This document shows positions 41,261-54,912 of a stretch of 64,000 nucleotides of DNA, in pieces. How positions within the stretch are numbered: position 1 is the first letter of the stretch; each line of letters opens with the position of its first letter. This DNA is from Octopus sinensis. Its lineage: Eukaryota. The translations under genes and the position numbers were made by a program. The DNA lies in contig NC_043009.1 of NCBI RefSeq assembly GCF_006345805.1, positions 32,054,001 through 32,118,000 on the forward strand, given 5' to 3'. A model generated the notes under the pieces. The model was not told the DNA's origin and searched no databases. It worked only from the letters and a program-made list of their open reading frames with translations.

Positions 41261-41398
41261 TTTGGGTATGGTTGATGAGTTCAGCAAAAATTTAGATTGA
41301 GATGAATATGGTACTTCAGTTGAGGCACCAGAATTCAGTACGGTATTATCCATACAATTTCAAAGTAAGGTGATTAAAGTCAAAATAAGCAGAGGTAA

Positions 41399-41485
41399 TG
41401 CAATACGATCGTTTCATGCAACTCCATTTAATTGAACAATGCAATCATTACATCAATTTAAAATGCAGAGCAATCTTCAGATGCA
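41399..41485 (-). ncRNA. Type I hammerhead ribozyme with intact core and long stem II
   Basis: Minus strand: tgcat-CTGAAGA-ttgctctgcattttaaattg[..]caattaaatggagttgcat-GAAA-cgatcg-TA-ttgca. U-U mismatches close stems I and II. Confidence 0.72.
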
Positions 41486-42094
41486 CAAAGACATAGAATT
41501 TAATTAAATTAGAACAGATGGACACATTAGTATAATTATACCTAAAATGTCCAAGAAATTAAGGAGACAGACAAAGAACATGTCTCTACTTCAGCATAGA
41601 AGTTACTAAAATTATCAGGAGGACTCTGCCTGCCACTGATTTTTTGTCTCTATGGGTCAGTTTTAATTTATAGACTAGTTTATCAAATCCCTTGTATATC
41701 TAAGGCTGAGAGAACAGAGGGCAGTATCTGTTAGGGATAGGGCTGAGAGAATAGACAGACATTCTAGTTGGTATAGTCATAAAAAAATCAAGATTTATTA
41801 TAAGCACTATCATGAGGTTTAGTAGAGGAAAACTCAAAACAAGATGTTAGCAATTAATTAAGGGGTCGCCCACTAGCAGACCATTGATAATGAAACAGGG
41901 GTAAGTCTTATCATGTAGTACTATAGTTGAATATTTTAAACAATGTTGCTATATTGTATACAGTTAAAGTTTATGGTTATTCAAAGGATTATTAAGAAGA
42001 ATATTATAACCAAAGGATAGAAATTTATGAATACTTTTGAGTATATACCAAACTTCTTACCACAATAGAGGGAGGAAAAGAAATTATCCTTCAT

Positions 42095-42330
42095 TAGAAT
42101 TTCAATATCAGCAGGATAATTTTGTTTGTATGTATATATATGCACAAATTTATATGCTTTGTTTTATGTATGTATTCTCATCCATATACTTGCATGTCTA
42201 GGCATGTTCAAATATGCTTAATTGATAAACTCCAGGAAAGTTTTGCAGATTTTTATAGTTCCAGTGATGGCTTGGATCTGTAGTCTTCAAATCCGCTTTC
42301 TCCTTTCTGGTTTTGAGAAGCCTAGGCAGT
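42095..42330 (-). mobile_element. Second copy of the LINE 3' end seen at 825-1225
   Basis: LGFSKPERRKRI*RLQIQAITGTIKICKTFLEFIN*. Confidence 0.6.
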
Positions 42331-42340
42331 GTGTTACATG

Positions 42341-42374
<34 letters not shown>

Positions 42375-42755
42375 TGTATGACAGGCATCATTCTATTTCT
42401 CCCTATCAAATCCACCAAAAATGCTTTAATCTATCCAAGGCTTTAGTAGAAGGCATTTCTCTAACAGACGGTGTCATGGAACTAAAGTGGAAACCTTGTT
42501 GCTGGAAACAAAACCTCTTGACCTTGCAGCTACATCTGTGGCAAAAAGTTTGCTTTGCAGCCCTGTCGTTTTGGTTTCAATCTGAGTGTATTGCGCCTAC
42601 ATTTCAATGGAAACATATTTGGTCGTCAAACTGTTTGTTGTTGGAAAAATGTGAGGATGGGTTTCAGGAAGAACATCTGGCCTTTGGAAATCTACCTCAT
42701 CTCGTCTTGTGTATACAGTACAAACATGGAAAAGCAGATGTTAAGACAATATTGG

Positions 42756-42801
<46 letters not shown>

Positions 42802-44780
42802 TATGATGATGATGATGATGATGAATATGATGATGATGATGATGATAAGCATTCATAGTGTGTATATACATAAATATGAATTTAAATAATATATCTCTCT
42901 GTGTATATACATGTATAATATATGTACAAATAAAGTCTGTTGGGAGACATATATATGGAAATAGCAAACTGGATTTTTATTCTTAAAATTTTTTTTATTG
43001 TTTATGAATATTTAACAAGAATGAACAAATAGTGGAAATTGTAATAAAGCGTACATCTCAAAATATACAGAGGAGAAGCTTTAACAGAAAATGCGTGTGT
43101 ATGTGTGTGAGAGAGAGAGAGAGTTGTCAGTGTGTGCATGTGTGTGTGTGTGTGTTTGTATGTGTTCATGTGTGTGTAAGGAATGCATTTACTTATACAT
43201 ATATTTACATACACACATGTGTAGAGAAACACACATGTGCTCATAGTTTTGTATATACGTCTGTGCATTTTGTGGTGTATGTGTGTTTTTGTGCTTGTGC
43301 ATGTGCATGTGTGTGTGTGTGTGTGTGTGCATATTTGTGCCTTGTGCCGAAATTCGGTAAGAATTATTATTATTATTATTATCATTATCTTCAACATTTT
43401 GTATTGATTTTTCCCTACTTGCCTGGGTGGAATGGACTATTTTACTCGTGGATATCGTTTTCTACTGCTAACCTTTGATCCATCTACTATAAGTGGAATC
43501 TGTTTTTGTCATTCAATATATCTTCCTATATCCTTCTGTATTTATGGACTCGCAGCCTTCCACTTGATGGCTTTATATCCCATTGCCAACACTAGCTGAA
43601 ATATTTTACTTTTATGTGATCGATTTTCCAATGCCACTGTACTCATGTCTGTACTTTATTTGTGTCAATGTACATATGTGTATATATATATGTGTTTGTG
43701 CATGTATGAGGGTACGTTAATATGCATGTCCATCTGTGCGTATGTATATGGGAATGCACATGTGAAGTGACACTTCTTTATAAACCTGTTGAAAAGGTAA
43801 CAATAACATATATTCGATACTTTAAAACTTGCTTGTAAATTTAACCCTAAGTTGTCTCTGTGTCTTTTTTTCTTTTCTCTATAAAAGAAAACTTTATTTA
43901 TAGAATGGGCAACAGACGTTATGTGACAACTCAGTTGTATTAGCTGATGCATTATCCTGGTTTCCTGGTTCTTCCTTCAGATTCCACAGTATGCTATGAG
44001 AGCTGTTTCTAAAAATGGTATAAAGAGAATAAAATATTTAGCATTATCATTCTGGGTTTCTGGTCTCTGTAACACCAGAACTGTTACTAGAAATGGCATT
44101 GTGGTGATAAAATCTTTAGTAACAGCATCCTGGTTTCCTCTCCCTGCCTTTCTCTGCAGGCGGCACTGACGTTACCCAGACAATTATAGGAAATAATGCA
44201 AGAGGGCAAAATCTTTAGTAACAGTTTTGAGGAAACTGGTATTCTGGTCCTTTATTCTGGAGGTACTGTGTGCTATCAAAGCTGCCACAAGAAACGATAT
44301 AGAGATGATTCAATGATTATCAAAAAGAATCTTGGGTTCCAGAACTTCATTTCTTGTGGTGTCATACGTTATCGGAAGTGCTGTTGTTAATGACACAGCG
44401 GACAACATTTTTACAACTTCCTTGGTTCCTGGCGCCAACTTCTAAAGGCAGTGTATATCAACAGAAATGTTACTAGATTTGGAACAGAGATGATAAAATC
44501 TTTACCGATGGTAGCACTTTTCTTTTGAGTAAAATATGGAGAGAGATGGAGTTTACTGCTCTAAATAGTAAAAACTGTACAATTTATGTGTTGTAAGTCA
44601 GAGTTTATTATTGAACATCAAAGACATCAGTGCAGAAACTGCTTGCAGGTAAAACAAAATACTTGCAAAGGAAACATAAAGAAAGGTAACTTCTGGAAAA
44701 CCAAAGATTTATGTGATAAAGTTCAGATTCTCTGTAATCATATCTCAACAGCCAGTGACATCTTAATCTTGGAATAGTTA

Positions 44781-45333
44781 TACGAGGTTGTGTCAAAAAG
44801 AAATGCCATTTTGTTTGGGACAGGTATAATTACCAACATAGGAACATGTATCATACATTAAAATGAAGCTGGTCCTCTGTGGATCACATTCCTACTTCTC
44901 GATATAGTCACTGTTTCTCTCAATAGCAATGTTCCACCTTTGAATGACAGCATATATCTCTGCTCCGTAAAATTTTGTTGACTGTTCTCTGAGCCACTTC
45001 TTCACTACAGTTTTCACTTTCTTGTCACTGGACTCTCATCTCTTCAGCTCCATGAAAGAGGGTTTGGGAGGCAAACATTATTCCAGTGAAGAAGAAGTGA
45101 AAACTGTAGTGAAAAAGTGGCTCAAAGAAAAGTCAACAGAATTTTACGGAGCAGAGATATATGCTCTCATTTGAAGGTGGAACATTGCTATTGAGAGAAA
45201 TGGTGACTATGTTGAGAAGTAGGGATGTGATCCACAGAAGACCAGCTTCATTTTGATGTATGATACATGTTCCTGTGTTGGTAACTATACATGTCCTAAA
45301 CAAAATGGCATTACTTTTTGACACAATTTCACA
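44781..45333. mobile_element. Fold-back mariner-derived element
   Basis: 250-bp arms (44783-45032 and 45082-45331) with a 49-bp spacer and a TA|cgagg terminus. 45037-45222 encodes the mariner C-terminus HLFSSMKEGLGGKHYSSEEEVK...RWNIAIERNGDYVEK*. Confidence 0.9.
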
Positions 45334-46628
45334 CATGGAATAGTTCAGTAAAATATTAACTGCGTACGTTAATGGTAGAATATTTTAAAATAAACAATAA
45401 CCATGTTTTGAAGATTAGAGTATTTATAGATCAAGGATTTCATGGTTTAATGGTGAAACTGGTTGTGACTAACTGAAATAAGGAAATAATGAATATTAAC
45501 CAATTAAAATTATACATTTTAGCTACAACAATATTAACAAAGGTGGGGAAAACAAACTCTATGTTGTCATTTATTAATATTAATTAAAAATAGAACATGG
45601 TCATTGTGGTGAAGAGTGAAATTAATTTTTCATACATATGGTAACAGCTATGGACATGTTTTGTTTTTAAATCATCATCATCATTATTTAATATCCATCT
45701 TCCTTGCTGGCATGGATTGGACGGTTTGACAGGTTCTGATGAGTCTGAAGACTGCATCGCGCTCCAATATCTTCTTTGCTGGGTCTTCTGTGGTTGGATG
45801 TCCTTTCTGATGACAATCCCTTTACAGGAAGTACTGGGTGTTTTTCTTTTCCCTATAGCACAAGCACTTGAGTTGTTGCTATACAGCCTTCACAAATAGG
45901 ATCCTCTTCAACTGAGTAGCAAAAGAGAGGTATTTATGCTACAGAATGTAGGGTTAAAGTATGAAAGAAGCGGCTAGAACAGAACAGGGTTCATGCTACA
46001 AAGGTGATACCTGGCCTCTTATAGATTAGAGGATAAAAGTAGCCAAGGTGAATCTGGAAAAAAATTGCAGGATTGTCTCCCTTGCCTTTCTTAAGCAGAA
46101 TTGATCATTAACCTAATATTTTTCTCATTACTTTGATACAATTGAATTAATTAAAATTTTTTTGGTTCACCATATTATGTATGTCACCAATGACCCTGCT
46201 GCTTAGGCCTTTGTGTTCCTAGGTACATTTCCTTAATCTATTTGTTAATTTAAAGAATTAATTAACAAACAACTTTTCATTTATGCTGATGCATACACAG
46301 AGGCAACAGGCATGCATACATGCAAGTTGGTAGGTAATTAGAGAGGAAGGCAGGTAGACTGAGTGGCTAGGTAGATAGGAAGATAGATAGGTAGGTTGTT
46401 TTATAGGTGGACAGGTAGGTAGGCAGGTAACTGTGCAGAAAGATAGATATGGTTTAAAATATGTGACATGCTTTCAAGAAATAAATTAAGGTCATTATTC
46501 ATTAAAAAATTAATTGTAGCTATTAAATTACTAGAACCTGAAGAAATTAAGTAAAAATTAATAATCCGCTAATATATATGTGTGTGTGTGTGTGTGTGTA
46601 TACACATATGTACAAATATATACGCATA

Positions 46629-46666
<38 letters not shown>

Positions 46667-46758
46667 CACACACACACATAAATGAATATGCAAACACATA
46701 ACTATGTATATATAAGCACATATATATGTATGTGTCTATCTATCTATATATATATAAA

Positions 46759-46812
<54 letters not shown>

Positions 46813-49800
46813 TATATATACACATATGTACATATATATATGTGTATGTATATGTATATGTATATTCATATGTATATACTTGCATCTCTCTCTCACTATA
46901 TATATATGTATATATATAGATATATACATATATACGCACACACGTGTGTGTGTGTCTGCCTGTATGTATATTTCTATTTCTATATTAAGGCAGGGCTTAA
47001 TATCTTGTGTCTATTGTAGCTTGATATATAATTAATGTTTGTTTATAGTTGCAGGAGGATTTTCCAGTTTAATATCCTAGAAAATTACTTCATATAATGA
47101 GAAATTAACCTCGTTATGTACTTAGTCCTTTGTTTTAAGCATTTCCATTATATTCTCTCCCACTACCACTACTACCATCTCCCCCACCCCCACCACTGCA
47201 ACCACCACTGCCACCATCATTGCTACCACCACCATCACCACCACCACCACCACCACCTCTACCACTTCTTAAGTGCATTTACTTCTTTATCTAAATTCAA
47301 GCAATACTTTTAAAATGTTTCTAAGATCTGCATTATTTGGTTCCTGGATTATTTTAATCATTTGTCTTCTTTGTTATTGTGAGTTTTTTTGCGTTACTTT
47401 TGTTTCTTAATAATACATTTGATTAATTAAAGATCTTATTAGTATTCATTCGTTTTCTTATTCATTTTGAAAACTATTGGTACTTTAATTTTGTACTTTC
47501 TCTTCCACCCCGCCATCTACTCATGTACTTTGATGGTAATTCTTTAAATGGTATCACTTGCCACATGTTCCTGCAGGGAATTTATTTAGCATGGCAATTA
47601 GTCGTTTTATGCATTTTAAAATCAGTCAATTGTTTTCTTCGCTGGATTCTTTTGATCTGCTAGACTCCATGACAATTAATTAAATTTGTTGATCTTTAAG
47701 AAATACATAACCCAAGGCTAGTTAGCTAGCAATATTGCTTGGAATATAATAGCAGATAAATGCAAAACTAGAGAGATACGGGTATTTCTTAGGCTGCCTA
47801 AAGAAGTTGGAGTCTTCAGGCATTTTGGTTTTAATTACTAAGAAAGAACACAAATAATATCAAAAAATATAATTACGCAATTTAAGGAGACTTGTAGAAT
47901 ATGAAATAGCTTTAATGGTTATAAGCACAGGCATGACTTTGTGGTTATGAATTTCTCTCCCTGAGTCACATCCTATGACACTGGAGGCAAGTGTCTTCTG
48001 CTATTGCATCGGGGCCACCACAGCCTTTTATTTAATGGAAAGAAGCCTGTTTTATACATGTGTGTGTGAGAGGATATAAATAATATAAATCTGGGTTTTT
48101 TCCCCACAGAGACCATCAGGTCCATTCTTCACATGCAGAGGCAGAGAAGCCGAAGGTTTGCAAGCCATTGCTTAGCCTCACCATGGTTTAGTTTGTCTGT
48201 AGAAGTCGTAGCTTGGGGTATGGCCACTGTTGCATGCTGACAGCTTCGAGGAGCCATAGGTGAGTGTCAGATGCGGACCAAAGTGGATGAACTATTCTGA
48301 AGAGTACCCCTTTGCACCCCATTAAAGGTACTACACTACTTAGACACCCCAAGCACTTCGTTTTATGTGTGTGTGTGTGTGTACATGTGTGTGTGCACAT
48401 ATATTTGAGTGTGTGCATGTGTGTGTCTGTGTACATATATAAGTATATATATGATACACACACAATCATGTACACACACAAACACACACACACACATGTA
48501 CATATATATATATTCCCAGGAAGAAGTAGAATAAAGTATTGAAGGCCAATTTCAAGATGCTGATCTTGATGGCGAAGATGACAAACAAAGAAAATATTTT
48601 GTGCTTTGCTGTGCTTGAGAAGACCCATCCACCACAACGGAAATGATATAAAACCACCTTCCTACATGCAAAGCTCTGCCCCACCTCCATTCTCACTACC
48701 CATCAAGTTTTACCCCCACGCCTCATTCCTCTGACACTCATCCCTCGTCTTTGCCTGGCATTATTTGGCTAGCATCATCTCCTGAGACCAGAAGAGACAC
48801 ACATTACATCCCCTCCTCCTTTTCATTATCCTCCTCTTTCTTCCCTCACACCAGAAACGCATCCATTCCTCATTATCTTCTTCCGGCTATGCCCTGTCCC
48901 CACTGTCCCTTCTGCTTTACCCAATCCTTAACAACCTCTTTTATCTGCTATCACTACTAATGCCCTCACATCTCCCACCTCTGAGCCATTCCTATATCTC
49001 TCACCATCAATCGCTACACTCACCTCAATCTCATCTCTCCTCACAGTCTAATAACACTTTCCCTTATATCCCCACTCTCCCCTCACCCACTCCAATCCTC
49101 TTTACCACTACACTTATATTAACCCCCCTGTACCTTGAGGCTACACCCTGACACATATTCATCACCTCTCTCTAACTCCCTCCATCTCTATCTCTCTTAG
49201 TCTTTCTTTTTCTCACTTCTTCTCCGACTGGGGGGTATCATTGTATATTTTCTACAGCAAGACACCCATAACTTTTTCTCTCTTATTCTTTTGATCTCTC
49301 ATGAAATTGCTCAGAGCCACCTCCCTCGAAACTACTCCACACCAACCAAGGGAATTTTGTCATGCTAGTGACTTGGTGGCACCACTGGTGCTGGTGCCTT
49401 AAAAAAAACACTCTGTTAAGTAGTTGGAATTAGGAAAGCCATCCAGCAGAAGACATAATGCCAAAACAGACACCAGAAGTTGGTATGGCCCTCTGGCTTG
49501 CAAGCTCTTGTCAAACCCTCCGACTCAATGTCTACTTTGGCATGATTTCTACAGCTGAATTTCCTTCTGAACACCAACTACTGAGGTTATTGAGTAGCCA
49601 CGAGACAAGACCACTCAACTCTGGTATAGAAGGAGGTGAAATTATGAGAGAGCAACCACCTGAACAAATGTGTTTTAATGAAGAGGTGAACTCATGGCTT
49701 TCCCAGCTGGTAAGACAGAGACAGAGAGAGAGAGAGATGTTGAGGGTGCACTGTGAAGGTATAAGGTGAATGTGAGAGAGAGAGAATAGGGATAGAGAAA

Positions 49801-50730
49801 CAGATAGAGAACAGGGTGGAAAGGGAGGTAAGTGCTCTTGGGTGTGAAGTGAGTATGACGGAAGATTAGAGATGAGGTTTGAGGTGGATGCAGTTGAGGG
49901 GAGGCGAAGTGGAGGAAATAAGACTGGAAGAAGATAATAAGGAACAGTGGTAGAAATACAATGTGAAGTGTTAAGGTGTTTGGAAATGGCATCATTTACA
50001 ACACCTGAGTAAGTAGTACCATAATTTAAAAAATCGATGGAGAAATGGGTGATAGAAGACGAGTTGTGGGGAAAGGTCTGACAGGACTACATTTCTGCCG
50101 AGGTAGATGTGTCTTACATATAAGCAATTGTATGTTTATAAATATGTATGCACACACACAAACATACACAAATATATATATATACATACATATGTATATG
50201 TATATATATATATTCATGCTCATACACAAATTCAGAGAGAGAGAGAGAGAGAGAAAATGGAAGGGATGCAAAGGGACAAATGTAAATATATTATAATAAG
50301 ACAACAGAGAGGAAACTAGAAAATATTGTTTGTTTTTAGTGAATGGATAAAGTAGTTGAAAACTGCATTTATCCTGTTTTTGAAGTGAAGACACCTATTA
50401 TTTATTGACATCAGTACTTTGCAGGTGTGATTCTAGCAAGAATTCTTTAACAGCTTCTGGTAGGTTTTACAGCAGAGAATCAAAAATGATGTGAGTAGCA
50501 GAAAAATTTTATATCTATACATACAGATCTAAATGTATACACACACACAAATATATATATATACATGTATATAGGCATACACACATAGACACACACAACA
50601 CACACACACTCACACATGCACACACACACACTCACACATGCACACACACAAATATATATATATATACATGTTACATATGTATGTATGTATGTATGTGTGC
50701 CTATTTATATACAGTGAAAGACAGAAAGAG

Positions 50731-50767
<37 letters not shown>

Positions 50768-50869
50768 AATATGTACATATATATGTATATATATATATTA
50801 TATATATATATATATGTATATATATATGTATATATATATGTATGTATGTATGTATACATACATATGTAC

Positions 50870-50917
<48 letters not shown>

Positions 50918-51162
50918 ATGTATATATATATATATATATGTGTGTATATATATATATCAAAGAGTAAACAAAAATAACAGCCAGTATGAATGAAGGGCAA
51001 TATTTTTTTCCCTTCTTCTTCAGAGGAAGAGAACCAAAATTCTTAATTAGTATCATACCAACAATTACTAACATCTTAAAAATAGTCATTTAGTTCTCAT
51101 GGCCCTGTAGCTAAATAAGATCAAGAAGAAATTTAAAATAGCATATCTTGTTTTTAATTTAC

Positions 51163-51202
51163 ACTTTGCAAGACATTCATGTTTGCTTTCACTTCAAAAG
51201 AA
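51163..51202 (-). CDS. Candidate exon 2 of the putative host gene (SFEVKANMNVLQS)
   Basis: Acceptor ttgttttctccag and donor AGT|gtaaat. Its phase matches the candidate exon at 53418-53608; there is no homology evidence. Confidence 0.2.
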
Positions 51203-51693
51203 CTGGAGAAAACAATAAGACACATTCTTTTTATTATCTTTGTTTTATTTAATTTGCTGTGTAGGTGGCATGGCTGGAAGGATGCTCTTGTTTTGCTTAT
51301 TGTCTTGATTTTTTTTATTTGTATTCTTTTTTTTATATAAGGATTCATGATTTTAGTGATAAAAGCAAATATATATTTATAGTTCTCCTTAAGATAAAAC
51401 AGAATATTTTAGCAACCTTTTCCAATTTTTTACCATCTATTATGTCTTAATTACTGGTTAAAATGTTGCAAATAACCCTTTGTCTAGATGAGCAGATTGG
51501 TGATTCCTTTAGTTCTTTTGTATTTTTGTAGTTTTCCTTCTTTTTCTCATTTTTATTATTTCTTTTTATCAAAGATTTGGTCCTAAGTTTGCATTTCCAC
51601 ATGAAATATCTTGCATTTCATACATATGTTTATAAACACACACACACACACACAAACACACAGATACATTTAGATATATGTACATATAAGTAT

Positions 51694-51758
<65 letters not shown>

Positions 51759-51796
51759 TGTGTGTGTGTATGTATATATATATATATATATGTATG

Positions 51797-51871
<75 letters not shown>

Positions 51872-51896
51872 TAGATAGATAGATATATATATATAC

Positions 51897-52154
51897 TGAT
51901 GTAACATAATATGTTATACATAAGATAACCAGACAACACTAACAACCATGTAATGAACTAACAAATCTCTTAACGAATTAACAATCAATATTCCTTGTGA
52001 ATTAACCAACCAACACCGTCCAACTTCACTGTGAACTAGCAATATACATATACATACACACTCCAAACTCTGAATTCACTTGGACCGTTACTATTTATAC
52101 TTCACTCAGACCAGTCTGTCTCTCGCAAGGGGCGTCATAAATTTCATCACAACA
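51897..52154 (-). mobile_element. 3' LTR of a Ty3/gypsy element
   Basis: Minus-strand PPT aaaaggggagg (52155-52165) directly followed by TGTTG. The LTR ends in CA and has a TATAAATA box near 52092-52099. Confidence 0.7.
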
Positions 52155-53250
52155 CCTCCCCTTTTGAGAGTTCGACTACTGTGAGAAAGTAGAATTTCTT
52201 TTATTTTTATTTTTTCTTCTTTCCAGCACCTCTCCCTCTTTTGTTTTTGCTTTGTTGTTGTATCTTAATTGTTGCCCAACTTTTAGGTAGTATTATTCTT
52301 TGCACACAGCACTTTTTCTTTTTCGTTGTACTCAGCACATTCTTGTTCTTTTTTTTGAAAATTTAATATCATTTTCGCTTATGTATTACTTGCAGATATT
52401 CAGTCTCTCATCATTTTCTGAACCTAGTTCTACGGAGTTCAATATCTCTCGGTGCTGGCACTTCAAACATATCATCGAAGACTTCCATTGGTATCACTCT
52501 TCGTTCTTTTGAATGTCTCATCTTTAACTGGTGAAGGTGTCTCTCATGTTCCGAACGTTGTCCTTTAATTAAATACATCATGTTACCTAATCTTTTGATT
52601 ACACAGCCACCCTCCCAACTTTCTTTACCATTTTTGTAATTTAAAAAATGAACTTTATTTCCTACTTTGAAATGTTTTGTTACATTTCTTGTATTTCCTT
52701 CAAATGTATGTTTTCTCTTTCCTTTATATGTATTTTTCCTGGCAATAATTTATCGAAAATCGATTTCATTTTACGTGCGAACATTAACTCTGCTGGTGAC
52801 TTTCCTGAATTAGCATTTTGATTTGGCGTTATTCTATATACTCACAAAAATTTCGTTGGTGCCTCGTCATTATCTAGCTTGTTCCTAGCTTTTCTTAAAG
52901 CTCTTTTGAATGTGTTGAGAAATCTTCCCACCTGACCATTTGACCTCGGATGGTCGGGCGGGGTAAAGATGTGCTTTATGGCATGTATTTTGCAGAAATT
53001 TCCTAATTCATGTCCCGTGAATTGTGTTCCATTGCCTGAAGCTACCGTGTCTGGAACACTGTATCGAGCAAATAACTCGAGTAGGAACTTTATTGTTGTC
53101 TTTGCGGTGGTTTTATTACATCTGCATACTTCTGGCCACTTTGTATAGCTATCCACAAGGATTAGATAGTATGCGCCGTTCACTGGTCCAGCGTAGTCGA
53201 CGATATACACCCTGGACCATGGGCTCTCAGTCTTTGTGTATAGACCTAGT
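52155..53250 (-). pseudogene. Ty3/gypsy integrase remnant
   Basis: PWSRV..DYAGP, LILVDSYTKWPEV, SGNGTQF (catalytic D to G), HPRSNGQVGR (catalytic E to G) and YRITP..SGKSPAELMFAR. Confidence 0.9.
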
Positions 53251-53284
53251 TTGTCCGCGAGTACTTGTGGAAACAATTGTAGTG

Positions 53285-53620
53285 ATCCTATACAACGGCG
53301 CGCGCTCGCGCACCGTCCATTTGTATTTCGCGCGTGTTGGTGCCTTTACCAAGGCAGAGAGAGGAAGGGCCCTCTCGCGCATGCGCGAAGCACCGGAAGA
53401 AGAACCCTTTTGCCTACGTAGCAGTTAGCCGAGGCAAGGGGGTCGTAAGACGTTGACCACCAGCGTCCAGCAGCAGCGGCGACTTGGGACAGCTGCGACC
53501 GAAGGAGACGGACGTGTATTCTCGCTGTCCAGCTTTGATAGCAGTCGGCCGAAAGCTTTTAATCAAATTCTTGCCGACCACATTCATCTTCCCTGTTCCG
53601 GACGCCATATTTAACCCGTT
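53285..53620. promoter_or_regulatory. CpG-rich promoter-like island
   Basis: Dense CG/CGCG in an AT-rich window. NRF1-like palindrome tcgcgcatgcgcga at 53375-53388, ETS-like ccggaag at 53393-53399 and YY1-like cgccatatt at 53603-53611. Confidence 0.6.
53418..53608 (-). CDS. Candidate first coding exon of a host gene (basic, Ser/Thr-rich N-terminus)
   Basis: aaatATGGCG start context inside the CpG island. Non-repetitive MASGTGKMNVVGKNLIKSFRPTAIKAGQREY... with a possible donor AC|gtaggc. Confidence 0.4.
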
Positions 53621-54569
53621 CTGTTTTTAGCGGCTGAACATTGTAAATATTACAATCCATTAACTTTCAGCCTTGCGCGCCCAGAACCAAGGACATTAGA
53701 TAACCACTTATTGTTACTGTTACCAAGAAAGAGAATAAAGTAGTTATATATATATTACGTTTGCGTTTTGTTGTTTCTGACTGGTAGAATTCTGGATTAT
53801 TAAAGCAACGGCTAGTGATTGTTTTCTTGTACCCCGAAAGTACAAGAGAAGATATTCACTCACAAAGTTCGTTACACAATTTTTAAAATTTTCTCTTTAA
53901 CTCTTCAGACGAATTATTTTTAGAGGGACAATCATTTACGTTTTTACAATAGAGATTTATGGTGAGGTCCCATAAATCGAATAATGCTAACCAATCGGTA
54001 CACAACAGATCGGTTGCATTTTTAACAACGAGGACTTTCGCCTTGTATGTTTTCCCTCGAAATCTGACATTAGTCTACATTTCCCCTATGAAATGTAATT
54101 TGTCACCCCGTCATGTTATGAGCAGATTTCACTGTTTTTCTCGGCATAGGCTTCCCTATTTTCTTCTATGTGTCCATATTTATTATTGAAGTATCACTTC
54201 CAGTATCCAGTTAAAGTTTAATATGTAATCCATTTATTTTTACATGTACCAATTTTCTTATTTGCGAGTCAATTTTCGTCTCTGCTGAGAGCACTCTAGG
54301 ATTTTTAACGGTTGGCCTTCATAATTTTGTTCTGCACTGTGAACATTTGTGACCAATTCTTTTGCGGCTGTAATATTTTTGGTTTTGAAATGAACTGTCT
54401 TTCCTGAAATTTATGCTCCCTACATGCATAAAATGGATTAGGATGTGGCGCTCTTTCTTGGTTGTACCCTTCCGGTCGGCATATCTGTATTTTTGAGGAA
54501 TCCTTTTCTGAATTTTTCCTTCATCGTGTTTCAGGTTTACCATCCATTGGCATTCTTCTGCTACAGACT

Positions 54570-54804
54570 GCAAGACACTTTATTTCACGTTGCTCCAGTC
54601 CACTCAGCTGGCAAAAATGAGTAGAACCTTTATTTCGTAGGGCCAGCCTTGTCACACTCTGTGTCACGCTGAATCTCCCTGAGAACAACGTTAAGGATAC
54701 ACGTGTCTGTGGAGTGCTCAGCCACTTGCACGTTAATTTCACGAGCAAGCTGTTCCGTTGATTGTATCAGCTGGACCCTCGTCGTCGTAACCGACGGAGT
54801 GCTC

Positions 54805-54806
<2 letters not shown>
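54570..54806 (+). mobile_element. SINE (modules A+B+D), head truncated
   Basis: Shares segments with 20123-20450 and 27167-27662. Confidence 0.8.
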
Positions 54807-54876
<70 letters not shown>

Positions 54877-54912
54877 ATAATAAAAAATAACAACAAAAGA
54901 ATAAGATCTCGA

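Noticed and set aside
45737-45760. CTGATGA-gtc-tgaa-gac hammerhead-like start
   Set aside because: No GAAA box or stems I/III follow; it is part of a SINE-C body.
48110-48260. Plus-strand exon-like segment with strong splice signals
   Set aside because: All three frames contain stops.
48297-48340. CTGAAGA-gtacc..ggtac stem
   Set aside because: GAAA is absent and there is no stem I.
50425-50490. Plus-strand mini-exon candidate (tttgcag|...|gtgagt)
   Set aside because: Good splice signals but no supporting partner exons, and it conflicts with the minus-strand gene model.
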